A stretch of 63,270 nt of DNA, counting the filler, from Octopus bimaculoides (lineage: Eukaryota): the NCBI RefSeq assembly GCF_001194135.2. It is 5 parts of 5 records of this genome, joined end to end, with 100 filler letters (N's around TTAATTAATTAA, not from the genome) between each part and the next. Parts side by side here need not be neighbours in the genome. Positions count along the whole stretch, not along the records: positions 1 to 14,238 come from NC_068990.1; 4 more parts are not named here. One strand, written 5' to 3'. Below the pieces are notes generated by a model that was given only the letters and a program-made list of their open reading frames with translations, was not told the DNA's origin and did no database searches. Position numbers and translations under genes: made by a program. Numbering within the stretch: position 1 is the first letter of the stretch; each line of letters begins with the position of its first letter. Shown piece after piece: positions 1-12,719 of this stretch.

Positions 1-945
1 GACACATAAGAGGTGCAGCAATATCAAAGGCAGGTTAACTAGGAAGTTAGATTTTGTATGTGGCAGATGTTCAGGTGCAATAAAAACTTTAAACAAACAG
101 GAAACAACTTCTGTCTCATTCCAGGAAGAAAAACTAGAGATAGTTGATAGCTTCTGCTATCTGGGTGACCAAGTTAGTAGTGGGGGTGAGTGCGCTGAAA
201 GTATAGCTGCTAGAATAAGAATAAGAATAACCTTTGGAAATGTGCTGTGCGTGAGAAGACCTGGCAAGCCAAGTGAGACCTAAATCCAAGGCCTCTGCCA
301 GCCCACTCATGTAGCCAGCCCACTCATGCATACCTTTACTACATCGGACACTAAACTCCGCTTGCGAAGACTTGTTGAGGTAAGTGAAATCGAGTTAAAT
401 TCGACGACTGGCACCCGTGCCAACGTCGTCTCCTTAATTGGACATGAAACTCAGCTTGCGAAGACTTATTGGGGCAAGCGAATAGCGAAATCGGGATAGC
501 ACCTGTGCCCAGTGTCGCCATTCTGACATGTGTAAGGATTTTCGAGCGAGATTATTGCCAGTGCCCCTGGACTGGCTCTTGTGCGGGTGGCACATAAAAT
601 ACACCATTTTGAGCGTGGCCGTTGCCAGTACCGCCTGACTGGCCTTCGTAGGATTTTCGAGCGAGATTGTTGCCAGTGCCCCTAGACTGGCTCTTGTGCG
701 GGTGGCACATAAGATACACCATTTGAGCGTGGCCGTTGCCAGTACTGCGTGACTGGCCTTCATGCGGGTGACACGTAAAAGCACCCACTACACTCTCTGA
801 GTGGTTGGCGTTAGGAAGGGCATCCAGCTGTAGAAACTCTGCAAAATCAGATTGGAGGCTGCTGTTGCCATCCGGTTTCACCAGTCCTCAATCAAATCGT
901 CCAACCCATGCTAGCATGGAAGACGCACGTTAAACGATGATGATG
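1..945 (+). mobile_element. RTE-clade LINE: ORF2 fragment, internal deletion, full 3' UTR and (GAT)n tail
   Basis: Hand translation from base 2 gives THKRCSNIKGRLTRKLDFVCGRCSGAIKT...EKLEIVDSFCYLGDQVSSGGECAESIAARIRI (F.YLG motif after the RT core), then a jump to the 3' end. The 3' UTR ends TCCAACCCATGCTAGCATGGAA...GTTAAACGATGATGATG. Confidence 0.8.
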
Positions 946-1020
946 ATGATTATGATGATGTATATATATATAATACATACATATATATATAGATATATAT
1001 ATATATATATTTTTTTTTTT

Positions 1021-1278
1021 GTGCGGGTGGCACATGAAATGCACCATTTTGAGCGTGGCCGTTGCCAGTACCGCTTGACTGGCCTTCGTGCGGGTGACAC
1101 GTAAAAGCACCCACTACACTCTCTGAGTGGTTGGCATTAGGAAGGGCATCCAGCTGTAGAAACTCTGCCAAATCAGATTGGAGCCTGGTGTAGCCATCTG
1201 GTTTCACCAGTCCTCAGTCAAATCGTCCAACCCATGCTAGCATGGAAAGCGGACGTTAAACAATGACAACGACGACGA
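1021..1278 (+). mobile_element. Second copy of the RTE 3' UTR (5'-truncated or non-autonomous)
   Basis: Near-identical to ~700-930 (GTGCGGGTGGCAC...AGGAAGGGCATCCAGCTGTAGAAACTCTGC...CCATGCTAGCATGGAAAGCGGACGTTAAAC), with a degenerate GAY tail. Confidence 0.85.
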
Positions 1279-2010
1279 TATATATACATATATATATAGA
1301 TATATAGATATATATATATAATACATATGTATGTATATATATGTGTATTATATATAGATATATCTTATCTATAAAAGGCAGATTTTCTGTGTGTGTGTAT
1401 GTTTAAAATTCATACATTTACACAATTCCAAATTTCTTGGATTAAAGAATCGGAATTAATATTCTAAATACAATTAGTTAGGTCACTGCATCATTTTTTT
1501 CAGTCAAAATAACTCCTAATAATGAATAAAATCCATAAAACTACACAAATAAACATTTTGCCCCCTAGTAAAATCTAATTTCCTCTTTCTACTACCTTTA
1601 CAAATTCTTTCAACTCCTACTTTCTCTTGTGAATCTTTACGAACCATCCAACAAGAAATACAAAAAGAAAGGAAGGAGAAACACTGACAGTAAAAGAAAA
1701 CTATTTCAGTATCAAAACTGAAACAATCACATTTCGATAGTGTAATGACAGATAGTTTCACTTTAATGGTTTCAATTTTATACTACATACATATATACAT
1801 ACATACCTCATTCTAATTGGCGGGAATTGTAAGTGATTTCTAACTCGTCCTTCACCATGAGAACAAAAAAAAAAAAAAAAAAAAAANNNNNNNNNNNNCA
1901 AAAAAAAAAAAAAAAATAAAAATAACCACACATCTTTTTCAAATACGATTGACGAACATTTATTCCCTACAAACTGTGAGTTTTTTGGAAAACCTTTTCG
2001 TAAATCTTGA

Positions 2011-2103
2011 GATTAACACCCGCATGATTACCTACCTAACCCTAACCCTGACCCTAAAACCCTAACTCTAATACTGTAGTGAAAATCGTGCGGGTGTTAA
2101 TCT
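2011..2103. mobile_element. Short palindromic MITE-like element with telomere-like (CCCTAA) core
   Basis: Inverted repeat GATTAACACCCGCATGATT (2011-2029) / AATCGTGCGGGTGTTAATC (2084-2102), one mismatch, with TTAA at 2013-2016 and 2097-2100. The interior is CCTAACCCTAACCCTGACCCTAAAACCCTAACTCTAA. Confidence 0.6.
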
Positions 2104-2736
2104 GAAAATTTAACAATCTTTTTTAAAACACTTTTACTTACTAACATTTCCTTATTTAGTGTGTGTGTGTGTGTGTTGCCCATATATATATACACTTAAG
2201 ACTTTGTTGTGGGTTGGGAGTTTGATCAGCAGAGGTCATTATTATTATTAGTATTATTATCATTATTATTATTATTATTTTGAATTTTTCCCACAAGGGT
2301 GTCTTCGGGCAGGGGGAGAATAGTCGATTATATCGACCCCTGTGTCCAACTGGTACTTATTTTTTAGACCTCGAAACCAACTTTAAAGTGTAAAATAGAT
2401 GTTTTTGAATACACACTCATACATACATACGTACAAATACACACATACATACAAATAAACACATTCATACAAATATCTGTCAGTCTCTTCCAAATACGAT
2501 CGACAGTCAAACATTTATTCCTTACAAACTGAATTTTTTTAATATCTTTCTTAAAACGCATTTACTTACTACTATATATATATATATATAAGATACAGAA
2601 TACACATTAATACACACATACAAATATCTGTCATTTTTTGTTATTTAGTGTGTTTGTGTTGCCCATCTTAATATATAATGCTGAAGTTCTGTATCTGTGT
2701 GAAGCCTTTTTAAAAGTTTATAGAAATCCATATTTT

Positions 2737-5345
2737 CGGCGGTTAGAGCAGAATTGATAGTGTTTAGCAAAGAGTTAGCAATAGAGAGGAATAGATTAGA
2801 GGGTGAACTAGTTAGCAAATTAGAAGAGGCGATTAAAAGGGGCATTGCAACTGATGTGTTAGCGACAAGAATGACCCTTGATCATTTCCTCGAAGCGAAA
2901 CAAAAAGGTTGCGTAGTTAGAGCTAAGGCCCATGCACCCAAACAGGAAGGAACTAAAGCTGTCCGATGGGTTCGAACGGTGGAGATGCGACATGGAAACA
3001 AAACCACAATTAGGTCTTTGACAGATTGGGATGTTCACATGCTATGTGACTCTGAGCAGATGTGTGTGGCTTTTCAGCAACACTTCATGTGGCTGTTTGG
3101 AGGGGGTGATGGGTCAACAAAAGTATTGGACTTTAGTTTGTACCTGGATGGCTTGCCATGGTTTCCTGCAGCTGACATGAGGTTATGTGAAAGACTGATA
3201 ACAGCCACTAAATTTTGGGAGGTTATGAGTGCTTGACCAAGTCACAGATCACCTGGTTTGGATGGTCTGCCCTATGAATTCTATGTATTCATGCCAGATT
3301 TGTTTGGTGACCTCTTGGCAGGTGTCTACTGCAACTGGCAACAGAATGGAAGAATTCCTAGTGCTGTTAGTGGAGGTAAGGTGACTCTGCTGAGGACACT
3401 GACAGTGGAGATGTATTAGAGAATTTTTGGCCCATAACTCTGCTAAACACAAAGTTTAAAATTTTGGCCAAGGAGTTAGCAAAAAGGTTGGCACTTGTCG
3501 TTGGTAGTCTGGTTGGAGAAGCGCAAACATATGCAATCCCGATCAGGTCTATCCATGACAACCTCCACCCTATGTGATATATCATAGAGAGGGCTGGGAT
3601 CACAGCTGGCTTCGGAAGTGCTCTGATCCATTTGGATCAATCAAAAGCATTCGATAGGGTCGACCATTGCTATTTGGAATCCGTCCTGAAAGCAGGTGGT
3701 TTCAGACCTGTTTTCAGAGGCTGGATCACTGCAGTGCACAATGGCATCTGTTCAGTGGTCAAAGTAATTGGTTACCTGTTGGAGCTGTTTGGCATCGCAT
3801 GTTCAGGCCGTCAAGGCTGCCCGTTGTCACCTCTTCTATACTTATTGGAACTTGAGACTTTGTTGTGGAAGTTAGAACAGCTAAGGGGCATCCCTTTTGA
3901 ACTGGGACAAGGAAGGGCAGTGTCATTATATGCAGACAATGTCACCGTCATAGTGTTGGATGCCTCTGAAATGGAGACGGTTGGCACCATCCTAAAGGAA
4001 TATGAGTTAGTTGCAGGTGCAAAAATCAATGCCAACAAATTGGTAGGTTTGCAGTTGGGCTCCTGGAAAGGAAGGACAATGCCATTGGATGGTATCATTG
4101 GATGCTGGACCGATGGACCAGTTAAAGTGTTCAGGATCTGGTTTGGTCCTGACTGCCAGGTTGATAAGAACCGGAACAAGGTGGCAAACAGGGTGGCCAG
4201 TCTTACCCAGAAATGGACTGAAAGAAAGCTGTCCCTGAAAGGTCGGGCAGAGGTGGTGAATGCTTACATCACCTTCGTTATCATTTATTGTATGACCATC
4301 GTGCCTTGTCCCAGTTACTGCTTTACCAGGTTGGAACGTCTCTTATTTAGATTCTTGTGGAAGGGATGCATTCTGTTGCCAGCATCTTCTGAGTGGCGGA
4401 TTAGGTATGCCATGGTTCCTAATGCAGCTAGTCTCCTTGATGAAGCTGCAATCCTAGGTGAAGAAAAGACTGAGACTGGGCGTCTGGCACCTAGAATGTC
4501 ATCAGGTGCTCACAACCCTCTACCAATCAGGCAATGGAATTGGTGGATGTTCTGCTTTAGAAATTTATAGAGGATTAGTGGCAAGGAAGTGCGACAACAT
4601 TCTCCGGGAAACTCTGGGTGCTGATGAGAATGAACTGGCTTGTCTGTTCTGGAGGACTTTCTGGTCAGGAATTATCATGGATAATTTCGAGATGTCCTTG
4701 GCCTTGCAGTGCTACCTGGGGTCGCTACTGGTTTGAGACAAGCTCTATAGGCACGGATGTGCTGTTGGACTTGTCTGAGGTGTGTGCAAAGTGACGAAAC
4801 CGTTCTGTATGCCCTTGTCCAGTGTCTGGGCATTGCTGACTTGTGGGGTTATGTCGAACAGCTGCTGTCATGTGTGAGATGGATCTGTCTGTTGGCTGAG
4901 TCTGTAGTGATGATTGCACCGCCACCTTCCTTCAGTTGAGCAGGCAAGGTAGTTTTCCTTTGCCTGGTGGATGTGGTGAAAGGGTTTGCTGGATGGACAA
5001 GGCTGAAATGCATGAGGACAGATACATTCCTCTTTGGTAGAACTTTGAGTGAGTTTACTGAAAGGTGGGTGAAAGTTGCGAAAATGGCAAGAGTGGATGG
5101 TACCTAGACCTGTAAGTCAGAGAGAAGGAATTGGAGAGGGTACTTGCTCATAGGGTTTCAGGGAAATCTTGGACAGTGGGGTTCCTCGATTATCCCTAGA
5201 GGCATTCCTGTATCAGGAGGGTCACATCTCTATCATCCTCCCCCATTTCATTATTATATATAAACCTCCACACTTTACGTCTGTCTCAGTATTGTCTCCC
5301 TCATCCTTCGCCATTGTGGCAGATAAATGAAATCATCATCATCAT
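2737..5345 (+). mobile_element. Tx1-like (L1 clade) non-LTR retrotransposon, 5'-truncated, disrupted ORF2
   Basis: ORF pieces 2754-3236 and 3632-4570 plus intervening frames contain SPGLDGLPYEFY, PITLLNT.FKILAK, DQSKAFDRVDH, RQGCPLSPLLY, YADN (3929-3940, from YADD), FRIWFG and a C-terminal CLRC..DETVLYALVQC zinc-knuckle remnant. Several stops and frameshifts. The 3' end runs into (ATC)n(ATT)n. Confidence 0.92.
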
Positions 5346-5849
5346 CATTATTATTATTAGTTTCAATTACTAAACTATGGCCATGCTGGATCACCACTTC
5401 GAAAACTGTTATTAGCTATAACAGTAATTTCATGATCTTTTGTGACTTACAGCCAAGCATTTACTAACAGGCCATTACCCATGTGGAAAATACTTAGTAG
5501 AAAGATGAAACAGACATGTCTAATATGACACACACATATACGCATGCATGTATGCACGCACACACAGAGAAATATGTGTATTTAAAGTTCTTTGTAGTTA
5601 AGTTTGTAATATGGATGTGTGAGTGTGGAGTGAGGAGGAACCTAATAAAAGAGTTATTGTCGTTACAGGAATGGCATCTCCATCTATTTATCTTGGCCTC
5701 TTTCTTCCTATCATTTGATAAGCTGAGTGTTTTGGAGACAGAGGGATGGTTACTGAATGTGTCCTTCCTCCCACTCCTGCTTTCCATTTCCTCCTTCTTT
5801 ACCACCACCACCACCACCACCACTACCAGAAAAACAATAACAACGAAAG

Positions 5850-6530
5850 TAATTGGCGCACCTCCTTGAAATATGCTATGAAAACAACTAGATAAACCAG
5901 TCTCTCCAGTGTGTTTACCATTTTATTGTAATTGTGGAGTGGAAAATGTCCTTGACCTCCATCAGATCCAGAATGATTCCAGTTGAAATCCCTTGCAATG
6001 TCTCTGGAGAGATATATAGAAATTTACTGCTTCAAAAGTTGTTGATTTATTATTTGTTTCCTCCATCACTTTACTCTTAGCTCCCCCCCCCCAAATATCC
6101 ACCACCATGATGATAGCTGTTAATATATGTGATAGTGATGAGACATCTGTCTATTGTTGTGTCAGAAGCATAGAGTACAATATTGCAGTACTCAATACTG
6201 GTGTGGAACTTGAAGTGCTGGACAATGACAAACTGGATTCAATTACTATCACACTCTGTAAATCCCATTTTCTGGTAGAACACCTGATTGGAAGAATATG
6301 AGAAGTATGAGTAATATGGCCTAAAACTCTTGAGTACTCAACCTCTCATTAGTGCTTTAGAGTCTCCAACTCCTGCATTCATGATAACAACTCTGTATTC
6401 ATTGTCTTATTTGATCCTTGAACTTCCATTATTTTCTTCAATTAGTGGTTGGAATCTTAGCAAGTAGAATTGTTTCACCTGGATTGTAGTTGATTTAGAT
6501 AATAACATGTGCTCAATGTGTATGATTATA
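5850..6530 (-). mobile_element. Highly degraded CR1/L2-like APE endonuclease fossil
   Basis: The minus strand gives IARDFNWNH (GDFN-like motif) preceded by AIIMVVD; otherwise full of stops. Confidence 0.3.
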
Positions 6531-6539
6531 GTAATAATA

Positions 6540-6742
6540 ATGATCCTTTCTACTACAGGTACAAGGTCTGGATTTTTGTGGGGAGGGGGACAATTGATCA
6601 CATCAACCCTAGTACGAACCCCCGAAAGGATGAAAGGCAAAGTTGACCTTTGCGGAATTTGAACTCAGAACATAGCGACAGATAAAATACCACTGAGCTT
6701 TTTGCCTGGCGTGCTAACAATTCTTCCAGCTCGCTGCTTGAT
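6540..6742 (-). mobile_element. tRNA-derived SINE with Nin/Deu-like core
   Basis: Reverse complement of GGCAGAAT.GTTAGCAC...GAGTTCAAATTCCGC...GGTCAACTTTGCCTTTCATCCTTTCGGGG; the family recurs throughout the window. Confidence 0.8.
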
Positions 6743-6854
6743 AAGTCTTGTGTGTATTGTCTGCCAGTGTAACTCATATCTTCACTTGAATCATGTATCA
6801 GAGCAATGACATAAGAAATGATAATTTAAAACAATGAAATAATAATAATGATAA

Positions 6855-7068
6855 TAATAATTTCTAATTTTGTTGTGTCTGGGGCGAGTCATATTGCTGT
6901 AATATATTTAACACACTCAGATTCAATTTCCACTTTGGCAAAAGAGCAATAAAATAAGTACCAGGTTTATAAAGAATAAGTCCTGGGGATGATTTGCTTG
7001 ACTAAAGGCGGTGCTCCAGCATAGCCGCAGTCAAATGACTGAAACAAGTAAAAGAGAGTAAAAGAGTA
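6855..7068 (+). mobile_element. 3' half of CORE/Meta-like SINE family
   Basis: AATAAGTACCAGG...AATAAGTCCTGGGG..GATTTGCTTGACTAAAGGCGGTGCTCCAGCAT.GCCGCAGTCAAATGACTGAAACAAGTAAAAGAG matches 58560-58675. Confidence 0.8.
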
Positions 7069-7529
7069 AAGAGTATGTATTCTGCATATTCATGTGTTTT
7101 GTGTGTATGTGCATGCTTGTGTGTTTGTACATATATGTGTGTATTTGTATGTACCACTGCTTCTTTGCATGTGTATGTTTATGTGTATGAGCTTGTGTGG
7201 GTATGCATGTGCACCTGTTACGTATGCATATGTATCTCCATGTGTCTTTGTGTGTATGCATGTGTGTGTAGAGTGTGAGTGTATATATGGTTATGTGTTT
7301 CTGTTTGCTTTTGTGTGTGTGTCTTCTAATTATTTAATTCTAATTGTGGTATGCTGTTACGCATAGTGTTGTATTTTATTAATCTTAGATGTATGAAAAC
7401 CAAAGTTAAGTGAACTAAGAATGTAAAGGGATATAACTAAATACTGCAAGATATTTTGTCAACACACTATTGATTCTGTCATCTGTTGCTCTTAATAATA
7501 ATGATGATGATAATAATAATAATACAATT

Positions 7530-8850
7530 TTTTTTTATATGGATGACCGTAAGTCAATGACAAACAACTAGAAACACTCCTGCAGACAGTATATAAATTT
7601 ACCAGAAAGAAACTGATCTGAGATTTGAATTTTAAGAAAATGCATTGACTTAACTTCAAAGAAAGAAAAATTAACGAGAACACTAATATCATGTTAGATA
7701 AAGAAACAGAAATAAGAGAATTACTCCAAATACAAATTAAATATTTGGGAATCAGTGAACTAGGTAGAAAAGAAAAAAGTTAAGAAGGAATATTGTTGAT
7801 ATATTTGATTGATATTTGAAACAGTTAAAGGCAAAAAATGTGGAAAATGTGGTGTGAATACTGTCGCTGTCTCTGTAATAAGTTAGAATATGGTCAACCG
7901 GATTAAGAACGAATGAATAAAACCAGACAGACCAACAGGGAGAAATAATGCCTGTATTTAGAATACACTACTTAAAATCTGATGCAGGAAAGATATTTAC
8001 CATGAATACATGGAAGTAGGAGCCTTGTATATTAAGAAACTATTATAAAATATTCACTAGAAGCCCACAAAAATACCTTGTAAAGAATATTGCGAAATTA
8101 CTTATACAATTACAAAATAGTTACAAAATGTGCATAAAATAGAACACTGTTTTTGTCTTCAAGAAATGCAGCCACTAGAGAATGGAAGGTGTAGTAAGAG
8201 ATGTAAAGAGAAAGGGAAAATAGTAGCAACAGAATTTGTAGAAAATTCAATACTAATCTAAAAATGGGGTTATGGAATAGTATGCTGAAATGATGGTAAG
8301 AGAGATCCCTATATTACCAAGACCTAAAAATAGACAGAAAAAAATTGCAGTGTTGGCTGACACAGAGCAGAGAATGAAGGATTCTTCATTATGGCACTGG
8401 ATGAAAGCTGTCACACAACAAACTATCATAAGTATGTAATGAACCAGAATACATTAACTACTGAATATGTACAGATTTGAAAGAAACTATTAACTACTTC
8501 ATTGTTGCTCAGTTTCAGCCAAGAGAGAATACATCTCCAGATATGAGAGCATTGGCGTTTTTGTATGTTGGCAGTTATGTGAGCACTATGAAATATCATT
8601 TGAAAGAGGTAGTATTATGCACCAGAAAAAAAATATCTGATAATGAAAAAGTAACCATGTCCTGGGATATACCAATCCACACTGACAAGACAATCAATGT
8701 AATTTAACCAGATATCAACCAGAGAATTATCAAAGATCATCAAAAAAAGAAGTACCTTCTGATTGAAGTATGGTTCCTAATACATAACAATCTGTCCATT
8801 TCTCTAGTAGATGTATTATCTAAATACAAATCTTTCTAGATTTTATTTAA
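7530..8850 (+). mobile_element. Degraded R4/Dong-like (REL endonuclease) non-LTR retrotransposon
   Basis: YMDD at 7536-7547, then KQLETLLQTVYKF... and ..KYLGI; later ETINYFIV (zinc-knuckle region) and WDIPIHTDKTINV..PDI...KKYLLIEV (REL nuclease). Preceded by (TAA/TGA)n. Confidence 0.75.
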
Positions 8851-8909
8851 TCATTCATCTTTCTGAGGTGGGAGGTTATTAAAACAATTATGAGATATAA
8901 TATTGCTTT

Positions 8910-9117
8910 CAAGTTTTGGCACAAGGCTATCAAGCTTGGAGGAGGGGTAAGTCAATTACATCAACCCCAGTACTTAAAAGGTACTTATTTTATTGGCCCT
9001 GAAAGGATGAAAGACAAAGTTGACCTTGGCAGAATTTGAACTGAGAACTAAAAGATGGACAAAATGCTGTTAAGCATTTTGCCCAGTGCAGTAGGATTTC
9101 TGCCAGCTCACTGCCTT
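8910..9117 (-). mobile_element. Nin/Deu-core SINE (CpG-decayed)
   Basis: Same family consensus as 6540-6742, with essentially all CpGs converted. Confidence 0.8.
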
Positions 9118-10664
9118 TTTTATGAGTTATAATGTTAGCTTTGATGATATCAGCCAGCTCTTTTTCATTGTCAGAAGAAATCCCCAATTTCACAAGAACA
9201 TCTTTCCATGCTAATTGTCGACACATGGTTACATAGTTTTGTAATTTTAAATGTCAAGAATTATTATCTGACCATGTTTTTAAAAAAAAACTATAGTTCT
9301 CAAATTAGTATAGACCCTTGAACTCAACCTATAGTGCGTAAACCTATCACTTTTTTTAAGAACACTGTTTATGAAACACCAGTCTTTTATGTAAGAGCTC
9401 TGTCTGAAGAGGGTATAGATAAAATGTTAATATAAGTAACAAAAGACCAGAGTAATTAATTTTTAGTGTGGCACCAGGTAGTAAAAAGATAATTATGATC
9501 TTTATTTTAGCATGAGATATAATCATTTACAATGTCTAAGTAAAGTCTTGTGAGGGGACTCAATAACATTAAATTGTGTTGATTTAATTTCAAAATGTAA
9601 AGAAGACATTTGTCTTTTTCTACTTTGTTAGTAAAATATATAGTTTCAGCGTGTGGAGAAATTGTAATAGCCCAACATTTCAGCAGAGTTAAGGATTGAA
9701 GTGAGCAACTTGATATTCTATAATGAAAATTAGCTGTTGATGGGTGTTAGTGTTCTGGGCATGGCAGTTGTAATAGTATTTCCTAGTATATGACACTAAT
9801 GTAGACACACTTGATGAGTCACCCTGACCTCAACACTGGATAATCAGTTTGAGTAGATTGATACCAGTAAACTGTTGCTACATCACCATCTTCTTCAGTA
9901 CTGCAACCATATCTGTGCTCTTTGCTCATTTTGCAAAACATTAACTTTTTATGTATCTTCTTCATTGGACTGCATCTCATCTGTTGGCCCCATTATTTTC
10001 AGATTTAAACTAAATGTTTCATCCCTAGCCTTCTTAGTTCCATCTCCTCTAAAATAAGTCTGTGTGTGTCTATATATATATCAACACACACACACACTCT
10101 TTCCCATAACCAACATGCAGCAATATTTTACTATACATTCATTACCCATTAAGCAGCAGTGTTTTCAAACTGTTATTCTTGTTTTCAATTTCAGTGTAAA
10201 CTATTCTTTAGGGTAGACACATTAAGAGAAGGACATTCCCAACTAAGAATTTGAATTTGCTTACATATTTCATTGCCCTTACAACTTACTGTGGTGCCAT
10301 TAATTGCCACATTGTCACTTGGGGTATCCAAAACTAATACCTAGGCCTGACTATCAACATTCATCTTTGCTTGCAATATGTTTTTATATTTGCTTAGTCT
10401 TCTAAGGTTTATTATCTTAGCTATTTTTAATTTATATATTAACTGTGCCACTAAGGAGGAGCACAAAATGTTTAAACTCCTGCACATTTTACTATTGTAA
10501 AATATCCTATTTTGAATACTGCTCACTGTAGCTCAACCATGGAAGTATAACTTCTTTAGTTTCAGTACTGTAGATAATTCCTACTACTATTGGTTGTATG
10601 CTTTTATATTATTATTATTATTATTATTATTATTAGTAGTAGTATTAGTAGTAGTAGTAGTAGT

Positions 10665-11100
10665 AGTACTGGCAGAATTGTTAACATGCTGGACGAAATG
10701 CTTGGCGGTATTTCACCCGTCACTATGTTCTGAGTTCAAATTCCGCCGAGGTTGACTTTGTCTTTCATCCTTTCGGGGTCAATAAAATAAGGACCAGTGA
10801 AACACAGGGGTTGATGTAATTGACTCAGCCCCACCCCAATTGCTGCCCTTATGGCAAAATTTGAAACCATTTTTAGTTGTAGTAGTATGGCAGTAAGCTG
10901 GCAGAATTGTCAGTGTGTTGGACAAATGCATAGCAGCATTTCTTCTGTTATTTTTACATCCTGAGTTCAAATTCTACTGTGGTCATCTTTGTTTTTCATC
11001 CTTTTGGAGGTTGATAAAATAAAGTGCCAGTCAAGTTATAGGATTGATGTAATCAACTTAACCCTCCCACTAAAATTCCTGCCCAAAGTGGAGGTTATTA
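10665..11100 (+). mobile_element. Two head-to-tail Nin/Deu-core SINE copies
   Basis: GGCAGAATTG...GAGTTCAAATTC...TTTCATCCTTT.GG occurs at ~10670 and ~10900. Confidence 0.8.
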
Positions 11101-11859
11101 CTTGTTTTGGCCATTGTATTGTGGCTATGTTGGGGCACTGCATTGAAAGGTTTAGTCAAATATATCAACCCCAATAATTATTTTTAGTTGGTACTTATCC
11201 TATAGGTCTCTTTCACTGAGCTGCTAGGTTATGGGAATGTAAACAAACCAGGACATGTACATATATACAACACAAAGAGCCAGATGTCAATTGTAAACAA
11301 GTGTTGTTTGGTAAACTGTGTCTTGCTTTCACTAATTGCTTTAAGTGCCTCTCTAGTTGTAGTCTCCTCCCCTTTCACTTAGTGTCATATATAGGATTTG
11401 ATAGTTGGAGAGAGAGAGAACTGCACCAGTACTCAATTGGTTCTCATTATTAGTTTTGAGGACTAGAGCAATGGGAAATGAAGTGCCTTGTTTAACAACA
11501 CAATGTGCTGCCAAGCCCAGCAATTGACACAACAAATTATAATCATGAGGCAAACATCTAACCACTAGGATATGTGCCTCCCCACTCCCTCATATACATA
11601 CATTACTTATACATTGTTGTGATTTTAGTCTAGTAAGAGTGAATTCATGTTATCAAACAGTTTCATGTTGAAAATCCTTCCAAGCTTATAAAGGTTAATA
11701 TAACAATCATTGGGCATTGCTGGATAGAATAGTGTAGGTTTGATAGAGAGCTCATGCTTTATTCTTCAATATAAAACAATCTGCTAACCTGAATAGGCCT
11801 TTGTGAGACTAAATTTATGGTATTGTATGAATCATAAACCTACTCTATTACCTAATGCT

Positions 11860-12090
11860 GGTATGGTCATGTGATTCATATGGATGAGGACAGCTACATA
11901 AAGAAGTGCTGAGCTCTAATTGTAGAGGGAACCTGTGAAAAGGGGTAGACTCAGGAAAATGTGGGATGAAGTAGTGAGAAATCTTCAAATGTTGAGCCTC
12001 ACAGATGTGATGACAAGTGATGGGGACTTCTGCCAATTTGCTGTGTTTGAAAGGATATGTGAAACTAAGTGAAATCATGGCCATTCACTC
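11860..12090 (+). mobile_element. RTE LINE 3' coding end
   Basis: Translates to WYGHVIHMDEDSYIKKC..LIVEGTCERGRLRKMWDEVV, the typical RTE C-terminal WxGHV..M / G.R.RGR...W motif. Confidence 0.75.
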
Positions 12091-12170
12091 ATCATAGATG
12101 CATGTCTTTTTTGGTTATGCCTCCTCCTCATGTGTGTACACGCGCGCGTGCGCACGCACACACGCACACG

Positions 12171-12202
<32 letters not shown>

Positions 12203-12719
12203 GTATGGCCTCTCTCAAAACTCCTCTATCTTCCCTACACAAGCAGGACCCTCCCCTCTATTCTTTCTCATTTGCTTCACTCACTGCAAGTCCCTCCGTT
12301 CTCTCATAGGCCTTTCTGCACACTCATTATGCCTTCACATATCTTCCCTACCCCCATTCTCAGCCTTTACAATTTCCTTCACTATCACTTGCTACAGTCA
12401 TGGCTTCCACATCTCTAAACATATCCCCTCAGACCCTCATGGAACATCCTTTTCTATTTGTTCTGTACAATTTATACCCCACCCACTATTCCCTATAGGT
12501 AGACTCCAAAGCATCTCAAATACTATTTCTCTCTCTCTCTCTAACTGTCTCTCGAGCTTTCTCTCTAACTCTCTCCCACCTTCTTTCTTCTCATCCTACT
12601 GGGTTACTAAGTATCTCCTCTATAGTAAAACAACTATCTCTGTCTCTCTATTATACTCAAACCTCTCACCCGGAACACAGCCACATCGCTTGGTTCCACT
12701 GCCCCTTTTAACTAAGAGG

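Noticed and set aside
1363-1569. Possible non-autonomous Helitron (A-TC start, CTAG-T end)
   Set aside because: No subterminal hairpin before CTAG and no second copy in the window.
9820-9845. TTGATGA-GTCACCCTGAC hairpin resembling hammerhead stem II
   Set aside because: Lacks the C-U-G-A start and the following GAAA; likely chance.
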